64,000 nt of DNA, from NCBI GenBank assembly GCA_000004985.1, contig GG738878.1. The stretch is one strand, 5' to 3'. The position numbers and the translations under genes are program-made. The stretch comes from Naegleria gruberi (lineage: Eukaryota). Shown here in pieces: positions 45,787-56,376 of this stretch. The notes below the pieces were generated by a model, which saw only the letters and a program-made list of their open reading frames with translations, did not search any database and was not told the origin of the DNA. Numbering within the stretch: position 1 is the stretch's first letter; the number at the start of each line of letters is the position of its first letter.

Positions 45787-47121
45787 TTATCCTGAAGCAC
45801 CCTTCAAACCACTTTCCAAATGATCAGCTTCACGATTTCTTCTAGTAGAATATTTATCACCAAAGTTTCTCAAATTATTAACCATTCCCTTATAATCATT
45901 CTTAGTCAATTGACCAAAAAATCCAGGAGTGGCCTTCTTAATACTTCCATATTGATGTTGGACACTGTAAGCAACTGATTGGACAGATGATGGCAAATCC
46001 TTGAAATTCTTGACAGCATTTGGATTTTTGGCAGCAGCTGCTTCATAATCTTTGGCCAAGGAGGCAAGTGACTTGTCCATAACTGCCTTATCAATGGCTT
46101 TAGCTTCAGCAGGTGATAGGGATAATGGATTCTTTGATAGGAAATTCTTGGCAGCTTGTTGTTTCAAACCAGTATATGGAGAAAGTTTATCGACTAAACT
46201 AGGTGAAAGTCCAAGAGATTTCAAACCCTTAACATTTTGTTGTCCAATATCGAAACCAGTACCAACAGTAACACCTGATTTACCAACGACAGTACCTGAC
46301 TTGGATTGTGGAACGTAACCCTTAGTAGAGAATGCTTCATTCTTAGTAAGTAAACCCTTATCAATCTTGTAACCAGAAACAGTTGCAACAGAAGCAGCAG
46401 CAGGTTGTTGAGCTAGAGCTCTATTTTTGACAGATGTTTGAATGGCAGCAGCTGTCAACTTTCCAGTGACTGCAGGTTGAGCAGCAAAAGCAGCATTAAA
46501 ACGAGCAGTTAATGAATTGACACGTGGACCCTTAACATTCACAGCAGCAGCCTTAGCCATAGCAGAGAATGCCTTTGCCATATTTGGACCAACTAATCCA
46601 GTAAATGCCTTACTCAATGTAGGACTAACTTTTGAGAATTTACTGGTAATTGAGTTGGCTAATTTGGAAAGAGAAGCACGAGCTTGAGCTGCTTTGAGAC
46701 CTGCAGTACGAGTTCTACCTGCCATTCTACCTGCAAGACCCTTATTTGATTTGGTTGATTTGGAAGATGGTCCAGATCGTCCAGTTTTACCTGATGATCT
46801 ACCATTGGATTTACCACCACTGGATCTTCCATTGGATCTACCTGATCTACCTGATCTACCTGATTGACCACTGGATCTTCCACCTCTGGAACCTCCTCTG
46901 CTACCAGAGCTACCTCCACGGCTACCACCACCTCTGGAACCACCAGAACCTCCACGACCACCACCAGAACCACCGCCACCGCCACCGCCACTGGAACCAC
47001 CCTTGTAAGAATCTGCCAATTCGACAATTTCTGCCAAGAAGGAAGAGGATGCGGAAACTGCAATGATGGACACGGAAAGAATGGCCAAACAACACAAGAT
47101 TGTGAATGAGAGTTTCTTCAT
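45787..47121 (-). CDS. Secreted protein: signal peptide + Gly/Ser/Arg-rich linker + Ala-rich region + C-terminal phage-type (GH24, T4/P22-like) lysozyme-like domain; paralog of 56377..57678
   Basis: MKKLSFTILCCLAILSVSIIAVSA signal; (G/S/R)n linker. C-terminal segments KIDKGLLTKNEAFSTKGYV...VTVGTGFDIGQ, VQSVAYSVQHQYGS...FFGQL and LRNFGDKYSTRRNREADHLESG parallel the T4L/P22 gp19 N-terminal lobe, Q-x-DAL-x-S-x-x-FN-x-G and C-terminal RRxRE motifs. Confidence 0.6.
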   Translation of the reverse strand: MKKLSFTILCCLAILSVSIIAVSASSSFLAEIVELADSYKGGSSGGGGGGGSGGGRGGSGGSRGGGSRGGSSGSRGGSRGGRSSGQSGRSGRSGRSNGRSSGGKSNGRSSGKTGRSGPSSKSTKSNKGLAGRMAGRTRTAGLKAAQARASLSKLANSITSKFSKVSPTLSKAFTGLVGPNMAKAFSAMAKAAAVNVKGPRVNSLTARFNAAFAAQPAVTGKLTAAAIQTSVKNRALAQQPAAASVATVSGYKIDKGLLTKNEAFSTKGYVPQSKSGTVVGKSGVTVGTGFDIGQQNVKGLKSLGLSPSLVDKLSPYTGLKQQAAKNFLSKNPLSLSPAEAKAIDKAVMDKSLASLAKDYEAAAAKNPNAVKNFKDLPSSVQSVAYSVQHQYGSIKKATPGFFGQLTKNDYKGMVNNLRNFGDKYSTRRNREADHLESGLKGASG

Positions 47122-47941
47122 TTCGTTTCGAATATTTTTTTTTAGATGATGAAAGAGTAACTAAATGTTTTTGAGAGTGGATTATTTTGCTGTTTGGTGG
47201 TTACTATAATGTACTCGCAGATTCCTTATTTGGATATTTTTGATTTGAAAGATAAAGTAAGATAATCAATACCGATTACAAAAAGTGAAAGATTACAATT
47301 GTAAAATATTGTAAATTGGGAGAAGGTGGAATAATTTCATTAAGATTTGTTTTATTGAGATTTTTTCAAGATATTTGTAATTTTTATTGTAAAGTGTGAA
47401 ACTGTAGTGAGTTTAGTTTTCTGGATTAGAAATGAAAATTTGAAATAATGCAATGTTTCATCCATATTTATATTGTTTATTCGAAATTTATTCTCCTTGA
47501 AACTGAAAATTATTCAAAGAAACAAAGTCATGAAACTAATCCAAACTGTAAATTGAAACTGTAAATAATTGACAAATATTACAAAAGCATCTCATATCGT
47601 ATAATTCTTCAGTGATGAGGGTTGATAACATGACGACTGCAGAATGCTGCAATTTTCCAATGGTTTGCTTTGGAAATGTCATTTTTATTCGAAACCAGCG
47701 CTTTTATGGACAAAAATGGAAAGAAACATATTTGCTTGTTGATTCATATGTTATTGGCAATGAGAGGAATACAGTCCTATCAAGAATTAGTTTCGTCCAT
47801 CTTTCGAATAACTAGGCTCAAAGATGACCGATATAAAGTGAGACTAATGCGAATTAATACGCCAATGAAAGAAACCATGTTTAAATGTACGATTCTTCAT
47901 ATTGAGATGCCCAATTCATATCAATTCACTCAACAAAAAGA

Positions 47942-48931
47942 ATGTCATCATCACTATTCGAAACCTCATCTGAAATGAAACATTCTTCCACTTTCCAACA
48001 AGAAGATTCCCAACACAACAACATGTACTATCTAAACAATACCTCAAAGACAATCCAAGAAGAACAACCTGAGGTTTTCAAATATTGGAAACATGTCAAG
48101 ATTCTTCTCAAGAACATTTTTATCCTAATCTACTTTTTCTCATCGAGTTTAATAACAAAAATTGTTACCATGTACATGGCCATTCCAAATGTTAAGATTT
48201 CTCAAGCACCTGCTCACGACATTCTTCTTTCCAACTTGACGAAACCTATTCGAATCGCCTTTACTTTATCAGAAACTATCACTGGCTTACTCGTTGTTAT
48301 TCTCATCACCTTGTCAATATTTAACAAAACTCATCGATTCTCCATCATGAGTAGGTTGCTATTCATCGTGGCGAGTATCATGAATTTGAGAGCTGTTTGT
48401 ATTGCTGTTACAACTTTCAGCGTTCCAACAATCGAATATTTGCAAACTTGTGGTCAATTGCAATCGTTGAAACCAGACGAAAGGTTTGTGAGGGCTGTTA
48501 ATATTTTTGGGTTTAGTGGAGGAGAAACGTGTGGAGATTATGTTTTTTCAGGGCATGCAACTTCGTTGAGTGTGGTTTGTTGGTTTGTTTGGTATTATTC
48601 GAATAAGGAATGGGTTGGAAGAATCTGGACGAATCTCTTGCTGATTATTTTGCATATTGTTGGATGTTTGGGAATATTGTTGGCCAAAGAACATTACACA
48701 GTTGATGTTTTACTTGCTTGCACTATTTCTCTTCTGGTTTGTCAATTGTATCATTCGTATTTGAAAGTTGCTTCGCTTGAACCACATTCGAAAGGTTTAT
48801 TCTTTTCAGTAATGGAATTTGACTTGAGTGAAGAAACTGAAAATGTGTTCGACAGCTCGATATTTGGTTATCTTTACGAAAAAATTGATGGAAACAAAAC
48901 TAATTTCGATCTAATCTCAGACAATGTATAA
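47942..48931 (+). CDS. Sphingomyelin-synthase family (SMS/SMSr-like phosphotransferase) membrane protein
   Basis: CGDYVFSGHATSLSVV and HYTVDVLLACTISLLVCQLYH motifs (SMS D3/D4) within a 6-TM core. Confidence 0.7.
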   Translation: MSSSLFETSSEMKHSSTFQQEDSQHNNMYYLNNTSKTIQEEQPEVFKYWKHVKILLKNIFILIYFFSSSLITKIVTMYMAIPNVKISQAPAHDILLSNLTKPIRIAFTLSETITGLLVVILITLSIFNKTHRFSIMSRLLFIVASIMNLRAVCIAVTTFSVPTIEYLQTCGQLQSLKPDERFVRAVNIFGFSGGETCGDYVFSGHATSLSVVCWFVWYYSNKEWVGRIWTNLLLIILHIVGCLGILLAKEHYTVDVLLACTISLLVCQLYHSYLKVASLEPHSKGLFFSVMEFDLSEETENVFDSSIFGYLYEKIDGNKTNFDLISDNV

Positions 48932-48970
48932 TACTAAACTCATTTCTAATAAAATTTATCACTAGGTTTA

Positions 48971-51702
48971 TTAAACTTTCACCTCATCAAGCTCTTGATT
49001 CTTTGCAATTGAAGATGATTTCACATTCGCATACGAAAAATCTGATTTCTGCGTAACTTTCAAATAAACTTCTTCCAAAGTTGTTTGAGAAATTCCCCAA
49101 TCTTTAATTCCTAAAGTTGAATTTTCCAAATCTGAGATTAAATCCGATAATTCTGCAAGTTGCTGCTTGGGAATGTTAAAGATAAAGTTTCCAGCACTTT
49201 CGCTTACAATATTTACATTCGAAATTCGAGAGTTGACCATTGAAATAACATGTTGCTCGTGTCCAGTGTTGGCCACAACCATGAGATTGTAACCACTTCC
49301 ATATTGGGCTTTGATTGAAAGTGAATTTCCAACACATTTCAGTTGACCATGAGCCATGATAGCAATCTTGTCAGATAAATAATCGGCTTCGTCCATGGCA
49401 TGTGTGGTAAGAATCATGGCTCTTCCTTCTTTCATTTTGTGAATTAAATTCCATGCTTTCTTTCTTGAATATGGATCCTAATGAGGTGAATAAAGAAAAC
49501 TAAAGTTGTGAATAAACTTACCAAACCAGTGGTTGGCTCATCTAAGAGAACCAACTTTGGATTACCAATACAAGCAATACAAATGGATAATCTTCTCTTC
49601 ATACCACCTGAATAAGTCTTTGTCAAGTGATGGCCAACTTTTGACAAGTCAACCGATTCCAAAAAGTTGCTAACTTGTTCAGTTCTTTGTTTTCTTGGAA
49701 CTCCTTTCAAATCTCCAAACAATTCCAAATGCTCCTCAGCTGTCAAATCGTCCCACAAAATATCATGTTGTGGACACATTCCCAATTGCTTTCGAATATC
49801 TTCCATCGAATCTCTCACATTCAATCCAGCAATGAAAGCTTCACCAGATGATTGCTGGAACAGCCCAGTCAAAATATTCATTGTGGTTGATTTACCAGCT
49901 CCATTATGGCCCAACAAACTAACACATTGATTATCTTGCACAATTAAATTCAAACCTTTGAGAGCTTTCTTCTCAGAGAAGAATTTTCTAAATTTGGCGG
50001 GAAGAATTTTCAAAGCAATTTTGGCCAAGAATGAAGAAAATGTTCTTCTCAGTGAGATGATTCTGACAATGGCATTCTGATTGAAATCACGTGCCTTGGA
50101 AAACTCATTCTTTATATCTTGAGTTTCCATTTGATGCATATCAGTTTCGTCATTTGCATCAAGTTTCGACTTGGATTTCCATCTATTAATTCCCCAATAC
50201 GAAGGATATAAGAAGAAAATTGGTGACTTTCTAACACCATTTCCATCAGAAATTACATTATCACAATACCAATACAAGACGAGAAACAATAACCCATTAA
50301 GGAAAAGTGTTAAAATTCCCAACCACGAACCAGGAACATAATCGTAAGTGTTCTTTCCAATAAATAAATCTTCGATTGTGTAACCTGGACCAGTAACGTA
50401 CTTTCTTTGTGTGGAATCGTAAACTGGCAATGCTTTTACAGCAATGTCAATGAAAACCTTGGCAAAGTTGAAAGGTGGATAGAAGGAGAAGATTACAACT
50501 ATGAGAGGAGTGATGGAAGAGGAATAGAGCATGTAGACAATGTTACTATTCGAAACTGTCAAGTTCAAAATCTGAATCATGTTAATTTGAATGTGATGTT
50601 AATGAATAGTACTTACAAAGGAAATTGCCAAAACTGTAAATCCCAAAACTAGAGCAGATTTCGATTCCTTGATAAAAGTTGATAATAGGAAAGCTAAACA
50701 AATCAAGGAAAATGTGAAACTAAAGAATAATACATAAAGAACAATAAAGTCAGTATTCAAAAAGATTGAAATTTGAAAGATCATGCCACCAATCACATTG
50801 ACCAATGAGAAAACGGCACAGATAATCAAGAATGTAATGAACCATGATAGGAAATAGGCAGATTCTTTCATTCCCATCATAATCATGGCAAATCTTAGAC
50901 GAAACTCCTTCTCAACAACCAAACTATTCAATGAAATAATCAAGACAATCATGGCTCCAATACTAAAGAAGGTTGGTCCTGAATAATTGTACAATAAAAC
51001 TTCTCCATTCTTACTTTGAGGAGGTTGTGGAAAACTCTTAAAGTCAACCTGAATTGAATTTCTAGAATCAGCAAGTTCTTGAGTTCTGCCCAAATCTTTC
51101 ATTCTCAAATAAACAATGTTATTGTCAATTAGATTTTGTAAGGAGAGGAGTGGAGTTTTCAAATCCTCTCTAGTTCTATTATAGTACATGGTATATGAAA
51201 TGGTATCAATGGTATCTAGTGGACCATTTGGAATGAATGAAATACCAAACATGGTTTGATTTTGATGAGTGTACATCCAATTTTCCATCTCACTTTTGGT
51301 TGTAAACATTTTGTAATCAGTGTCTTGTTTCAAATTGTAATCAGAAATTAACAATTCCATTACCTTCTCTCCAAATGAAATACCATTAGCAGAATAAACT
51401 AATTTGTAACAAGCTCTTCCACCATTCGGTTTGCATTCGTAAAATTTTAAAGCAATTCCATTGTCATACGATTGTTGAGTTGGCACTTGAATTCCCTTAT
51501 GAATTAGCTCAATTGGCTGATGAATTGCACTCTCACCTGAAAAGTTAGCTTGCAAAACCTCCTTCATGACCACCAAAATCACCAAAATAATAATGGGAGA
51601 CAGCAATTGCATTCCAGTAGATTTCCATCTTCTTGTATAGAGCAGGAAATTCTTCTTTAACAAAATGAGCGTTTGTTTCAACACCTCCAACAGATAATTC
51701 AT
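48971..51702 (-). CDS. Half-size ABCA-type ABC transporter (TMD-NBD), at least 3 exons: 51702..50617, 50571..49522, 49477..48971
   Basis: ABCA-style N-terminus (NYLLEVLKQTLILLKKNFLLYTRRWK) with TM1 then a large extracellular loop; Walker A GHNGAGKST, signature YSGGMKRRLS, LLDEPTTGL|DP split by a 44-nt GTAAGT intron; second intron GTAAGT...ATTCAG (50572..50616). Confidence 0.75.
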
Positions 51703-52004
51703 AATAATAGTATTGAACAAGAAAGTGTTGTTGAGACTTTTTTCTAATTGAGAGAGGAAGCATATGTTTCATTGGCACACGATTTTGAATGAGCTGTGAT
51801 TCGTAGGTGCGAACTTGTGGCAGTTAGCTGAGCTGTAAATTAGTTGGAGGTGAGAAGATCCTCCTTTTCAAACAATGTTAGAGAACGGAGAGTGCGATTG
51901 GAAGAGTCTGTTTGAACTTGTTGATAAGGGAGAAGCGAATTTGTTATTATTGTTTTTCATTAATCATTAAAAAACAAAAGTAAATCTCCAACCAATTAGA
52001 TCAT
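51703..52004. promoter_or_regulatory. Divergent shared promoter between the two half-ABCA genes
   Basis: ~300-bp spacer between head-to-head starts. Confidence 0.45.
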
Positions 52005-55000
52005 ATGAAAGAAACAAAGATTTTGGATGAGAATAGTGGTGGTGCTACTGCTACTACTACTGGCCAATCAGTGACAACTCCCATCGATTGTGATGATTTG
52101 TTAATGAAGAGTCGTGCTGGTAAGGAGTTGAATCAAGTGAGAGCATTGTTGTACAAATCATTGATGTTGCAAATGAAGCAATACAAGTAGGTTATTTCAT
52201 TGTTAATATTAGTATTCATGTATATTGTATTTTGTTCAACAAATACAGGTCAAATATTTGTCAATTGATATTCCCAGTCATTTGTTTAATGTTCATTTAC
52301 GTTTTACAAATAGTTGCAAATAGATTGATTGCAGGATTCTTTACAGGCAATGAGGGAGCTGCAGCAGTTGTTAGAATCAACTCTACATCTGTTGAACTTT
52401 CTCAACTCATGTATCAAGCAAAGATGCAAGCTCAAAACTTGACATTTAATCCTCCAGAGTCCCTCTTTTTCACCTCTGATAAGAATGACTATTTGAATAG
52501 TATTGGATTTGGTACCATGTCCTCTAATCAGTCTGGATCTAGTGGTTTCTTGGCTAATTTTTCTCCATGGTCCAGAAGTTCAGTCATGATGTTAGTGAAT
52601 GGTACCTTTGATGAGAAGGGAATGATTTCAATTCCATACTCTGTAACCTCTGCTTTTGGTAATGAAAGTACTATGGATGAAGTCATCTATGATAGAATGG
52701 GTGCTGTGGGAAAACTGAAAACTTGGATGCTGTTGGTGCCTATATTGTAAGAAAGTTGGACACCTCTGGTATCAATTACACTGTACAATTTGATTACCAT
52801 GAAAAGACTCAATTCTTTGCTGAATTCCTCTCAAAATCACCACTCACCTATATTGTTACAAGTGCTAGAGATGCTATTAGTGTTTCTCTTCAGAATTGGA
52901 TGAATGATGCCTTCCTGAAAAATCTTACTGGCTCTTTCAGAATTAGAACCTATACAGCTCAAATGACCTATGATACTCAATTAATTTCCTTCAGACTTTC
53001 TGACATGTTAGGTTCCTTCTTCTTTCCACTAATTCTTTCTCTATTATTACCAACATTTACCTTTACCATTGTTATGGAGAAGCAATACAAGTTGAGAGAA
53101 ATGATGAAATTGATGGGTATGAAGATGAGATATTACTTTTTGGTAACTTATGTATTTTTCTATGCAATGTATGCCCTCTCTGCTATTTTGTTCATCATCT
53201 TTTCTATTGCCTTTGATTTTAGATTTATAACCCAGACACATCCATTAATGTTAAGTAAGTATTCATTGCTTTTTCACATATATTTAACCAGGATACTTTA
53301 GTTTTCTTCTTCCTGTTGTGGGGAAATGTATTGATTAGTTTTTCATTCCTATTATCTTCGTTCATTGGTAAGACAATTGTAGCTACTATTGTTTCCTACT
53401 TGTTTGTTCTGATTGGACCAATGGTTGGTGTCCTTCTTGAACAAGCTCTCTATCCAAGTGCACCAGATGCAAGATATGGTCTCCTCTTATTGTTCCCTCT
53501 CCAAATTACTCACTTTGTCTTTGCTGCAACCAATTCATGTAATAACAATGCATGTTTGACAGATGTGGCTGATATTGTAAATAATGTATCTGTCCTCAGC
53601 TCACTTCTTTACATGTTGGGAGTTTCAGTGTTGTACTTCATATTGGGTCTGTACTTTGATGCCATTATTCCACAAACATTTGGTATAAGTAAACATCCAT
53701 TGTTCTTCCTGGAGTGGATGTGGAGGCCGTGTATTAAACGTCGTCTGAAGAGAGCTAAAAAGCACACTGAAAGTAAGAATCAAGTCCAACCATTTGGAGA
53801 TGAAGAAGGTGCTATTGATTACAATACCTCCGAAGTAATGGACAGTGATGTAGCTGAGGAGTTTAACAAGGTTAATCCAAGTAATATCACAGACAATGAA
53901 ATGCAAGAGCATGCTAGAAAATTGAAGGAAGAGCATGGTGTTGTCCTTTTCAATTTGGAAAAGAGTTTTGGAGGTAATAAGGCTGTTAAAGGTACCTGTC
54001 TCACTATTGGCAAATCTGAATGCTTTGGTTTGCTAGGTCTTAATGGAGCTGGTAAATCAACAACCATCTCAATGTTAGCAGGAATGTTTGGTCCAAGTTC
54101 TGGAACTGCATTTGTGTGCGGTAAAGATATTAGATATGACATGGACAGTATCCATCAAGTAATGGGCTTGACAGCACAATTTGATATTTTGTATCCTGAT
54201 TTGAGTTGTGAAGACCATTTACTCTTCTATTCCAGAATGAAGGGTGTGAAAATCAAGCACGAGAAGGAACACGTCCAATCTCTATTAAAACAAGTAGGTC
54301 TAGATAATGAAACTCTCAAAGTGAGATTCTCTCCAGCATCCAGCTCACTTTCAGGAGGTATGAAGAGAAGATTATCCATTGCCATTTCACTAATTGGTGA
54401 TCCGAAAGTAATCCTACTCGATGAGCCAACCACTGGACTGGATCCACTCTCCAAGAGACACTTGTGGGATATCATTCTCGCTCAAAAGAAGAATAGAACT
54501 GTCATTTTGACCACTCACTCCATGGAAGAAGCTGATGCCTTATGTGATCGAATGACCATCATGGTAAAAGGTTCTTTCAAATGCTTAGGTTCTGGTTTAA
54601 GATTGAAAAACAAGTTCGGAGATGGCTATTTGATGACCATCAGTTACCAACCAGAGAACCAAAACATTGCCGAGAAGTATGTCTACGATTACGTACCAGA
54701 GGCTGTGAAGGATCTGACTCTGAGTGGCATAACCATCTTCAAAATACCTCACCTTAATGCTCCTCATTCTCATCAAATAACAACAACAACAACAACAAAT
54801 CAAAACAGCAGCATAAGCCATAATAATAATAGTAGTGGGGAAAAGAATAGAACATTGGCTGGTTTGTTTAAACATATGGAAAGTGGAAAGGATCATCACG
54901 GAATTGAAGAGTGGGCTTTAAATCAAGTTTCATTAGAACAAGTCTTTTTGAATATAATTTCGAGTGATGCAAAGAGAAATCCATTGAAGGATGAATCCAA

Positions 55001-55043
55001 GTGGAAGCGATTAGCAACCATGTTCAAGCAATGTATCCATTGA
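52005..55043 (+). CDS. Half-size ABCA-type ABC transporter (TMD-NBD), at least 4 exons: 52005..52186, 52249..~52720, ~52723..53270, 53316..55043
   Basis: Intron 1 GTAGGT...ATACAG (52187..52248); TM1 then a large extracellular loop; Walker A LGLNGAGKST, signature LSGGMKRRLS, Walker B ILLDEPTTGLD; GTAAGT intron ~53271..53315; one junction near 52723 changes frame and is unresolved. Confidence 0.7.
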
Positions 55044-55305
55044 GAGACCATTCTGTGCACTGTGTAAATAATAAAATTGTGCTCATCACATGATGTATTT
55101 TATTTTAAAAAATAATTTTAATTAAAAAATGGAAATTTGGATTGGCGAATACTCCATCTTACATGGTGGTTGTAAAAACTATATCACAATATTATTACAA
55201 TGACATGGCACAATGTCCAATTTGCTTCCATTTTCACAAATCATATTTTATGCTTTTTCCGGTTGGCTTCCAATCAAACTCTAAAAAAAAAAATAACAAG
55301 ACAAT

Positions 55306-56136
55306 ATGAAGCAAACCTTTTTCATTTTGGTTGTTGCTTTGATATTAGCCTTCGTAGGAGGTTTGGTCAGCGCCGATGTGATCGATCACACCAATAGAAT
55401 TCTCCCAGCGACTACTCCATATCATATGGGTATTTTACATACTTTTGATCCATTTACTTCATCATGGTCCTTTTATTGTAATAGACCAGGTGCCGGACCT
55501 GGAACAAACGATCAATTGGGTATTGTTGTTAATATGGGAAGTGATATTAGAATAATTGGTCCTAAAGTGTATAATGATGATAGTAATTTCCAAGTTGGTA
55601 TTCAAGGGGGAGAGACTGGCAAGATTATTGATTTGGGTACTGAAGATGATGTCAGCAAAACTTATGGTTGTTCAAACTGTTTTACTGGTATTAAATTTAG
55701 TAGTGATGGAGTTGTTTCAGTTTTAGATAAGACAAAGAATTTGAAGCCAATTGACCTTACTGCCATGACAGTGGATCATGCTTCAATTAAAGTAGGTCAT
55801 ATTTACTTGGTCAAGATTAGCAATGGAAATGATGATACTGCTCTTTTTGTAAAGTTTATTGCTACCTCAGTTCTTTATGGAGCAAACAATGCTGTGGAAA
55901 CTGTAACAATGAGACATCAACCAATGTATGTTAAAATTTCACAATCAACTGGAAGAGATTGCTCAGGTCATGTAGATCTTAATTCTGTTGTGGCTCAAGC
56001 TGAAACTGGAATTAGTTTGGCTGTTATTGGATTGGTGGCTACCATTTTCATTGGTGTTGGAAATGTTGCCTTCTTAATTTATTATTTTGCATTTGCAAAG
56101 GGAAAGAGAGGTGGTGTTTATGGAACTCTCCAATAA
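55306..56136 (+). CDS. Signal-peptide protein with C-terminal TM anchor, unknown function
   Basis: MKQTFFILVVALILAFVGGLVSA signal; C-terminal hydrophobic ISLAVIGLVATIFIGVGNVAFLIYYFAFA. Confidence 0.5.
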   Translation: MKQTFFILVVALILAFVGGLVSADVIDHTNRILPATTPYHMGILHTFDPFTSSWSFYCNRPGAGPGTNDQLGIVVNMGSDIRIIGPKVYNDDSNFQVGIQGGETGKIIDLGTEDDVSKTYGCSNCFTGIKFSSDGVVSVLDKTKNLKPIDLTAMTVDHASIKVGHIYLVKISNGNDDTALFVKFIATSVLYGANNAVETVTMRHQPMYVKISQSTGRDCSGHVDLNSVVAQAETGISLAVIGLVATIFIGVGNVAFLIYYFAFAKGKRGGVYGTLQ

Positions 56137-56376
56137 CTCAATAATAATAACATTCGAATGCTTTTAATATTTCTTATTTCACCATTTTGTAATAGTGTTG
56201 GGTATCATTATTATAATCTGATTCCAATACATTATCTTGGAACATGTTAAAATACAAGAACTCATATTTCTGTCAAATTTCATTATAATCTCCACACGAT
56301 TGCAATCATTGAATGATTTTGTATGGTTTAATTTTAGCCAACTGACATCTCCAGTTAACTCATCATTCAAAAAAAT

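Noticed and set aside
46052-46318. Plus-strand ORF (88 aa) inside the minus-strand lysozyme-like gene, and its twin 57225..57416 (-) inside the plus-strand paralog
   Set aside because: Antisense reading of the conserved catalytic-domain DNA; the near-identical peptides simply reflect nucleotide conservation between the paralogs, not an independent gene.
46659-47109. ORFs 46659..47063 (-), 46746..47066 (+) and 46864..47109 (+) with odd low-complexity translations (VAVAVAV, HWIYHHW, TSGTSSATRATSTATT)
   Set aside because: Alternative frames of the Gly/Ser/Arg-rich repetitive linker of gene 45787..47121; a low-complexity artefact.
53625-54899. Minus-strand ORFs (53625..53936, 53819..54142, 54227..54475, 54597..54899) across the ABCA gene B NBD
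   Set aside because: Antisense to a strongly conserved ABC nucleotide-binding domain with Walker A, signature and Walker B motifs on the plus strand.
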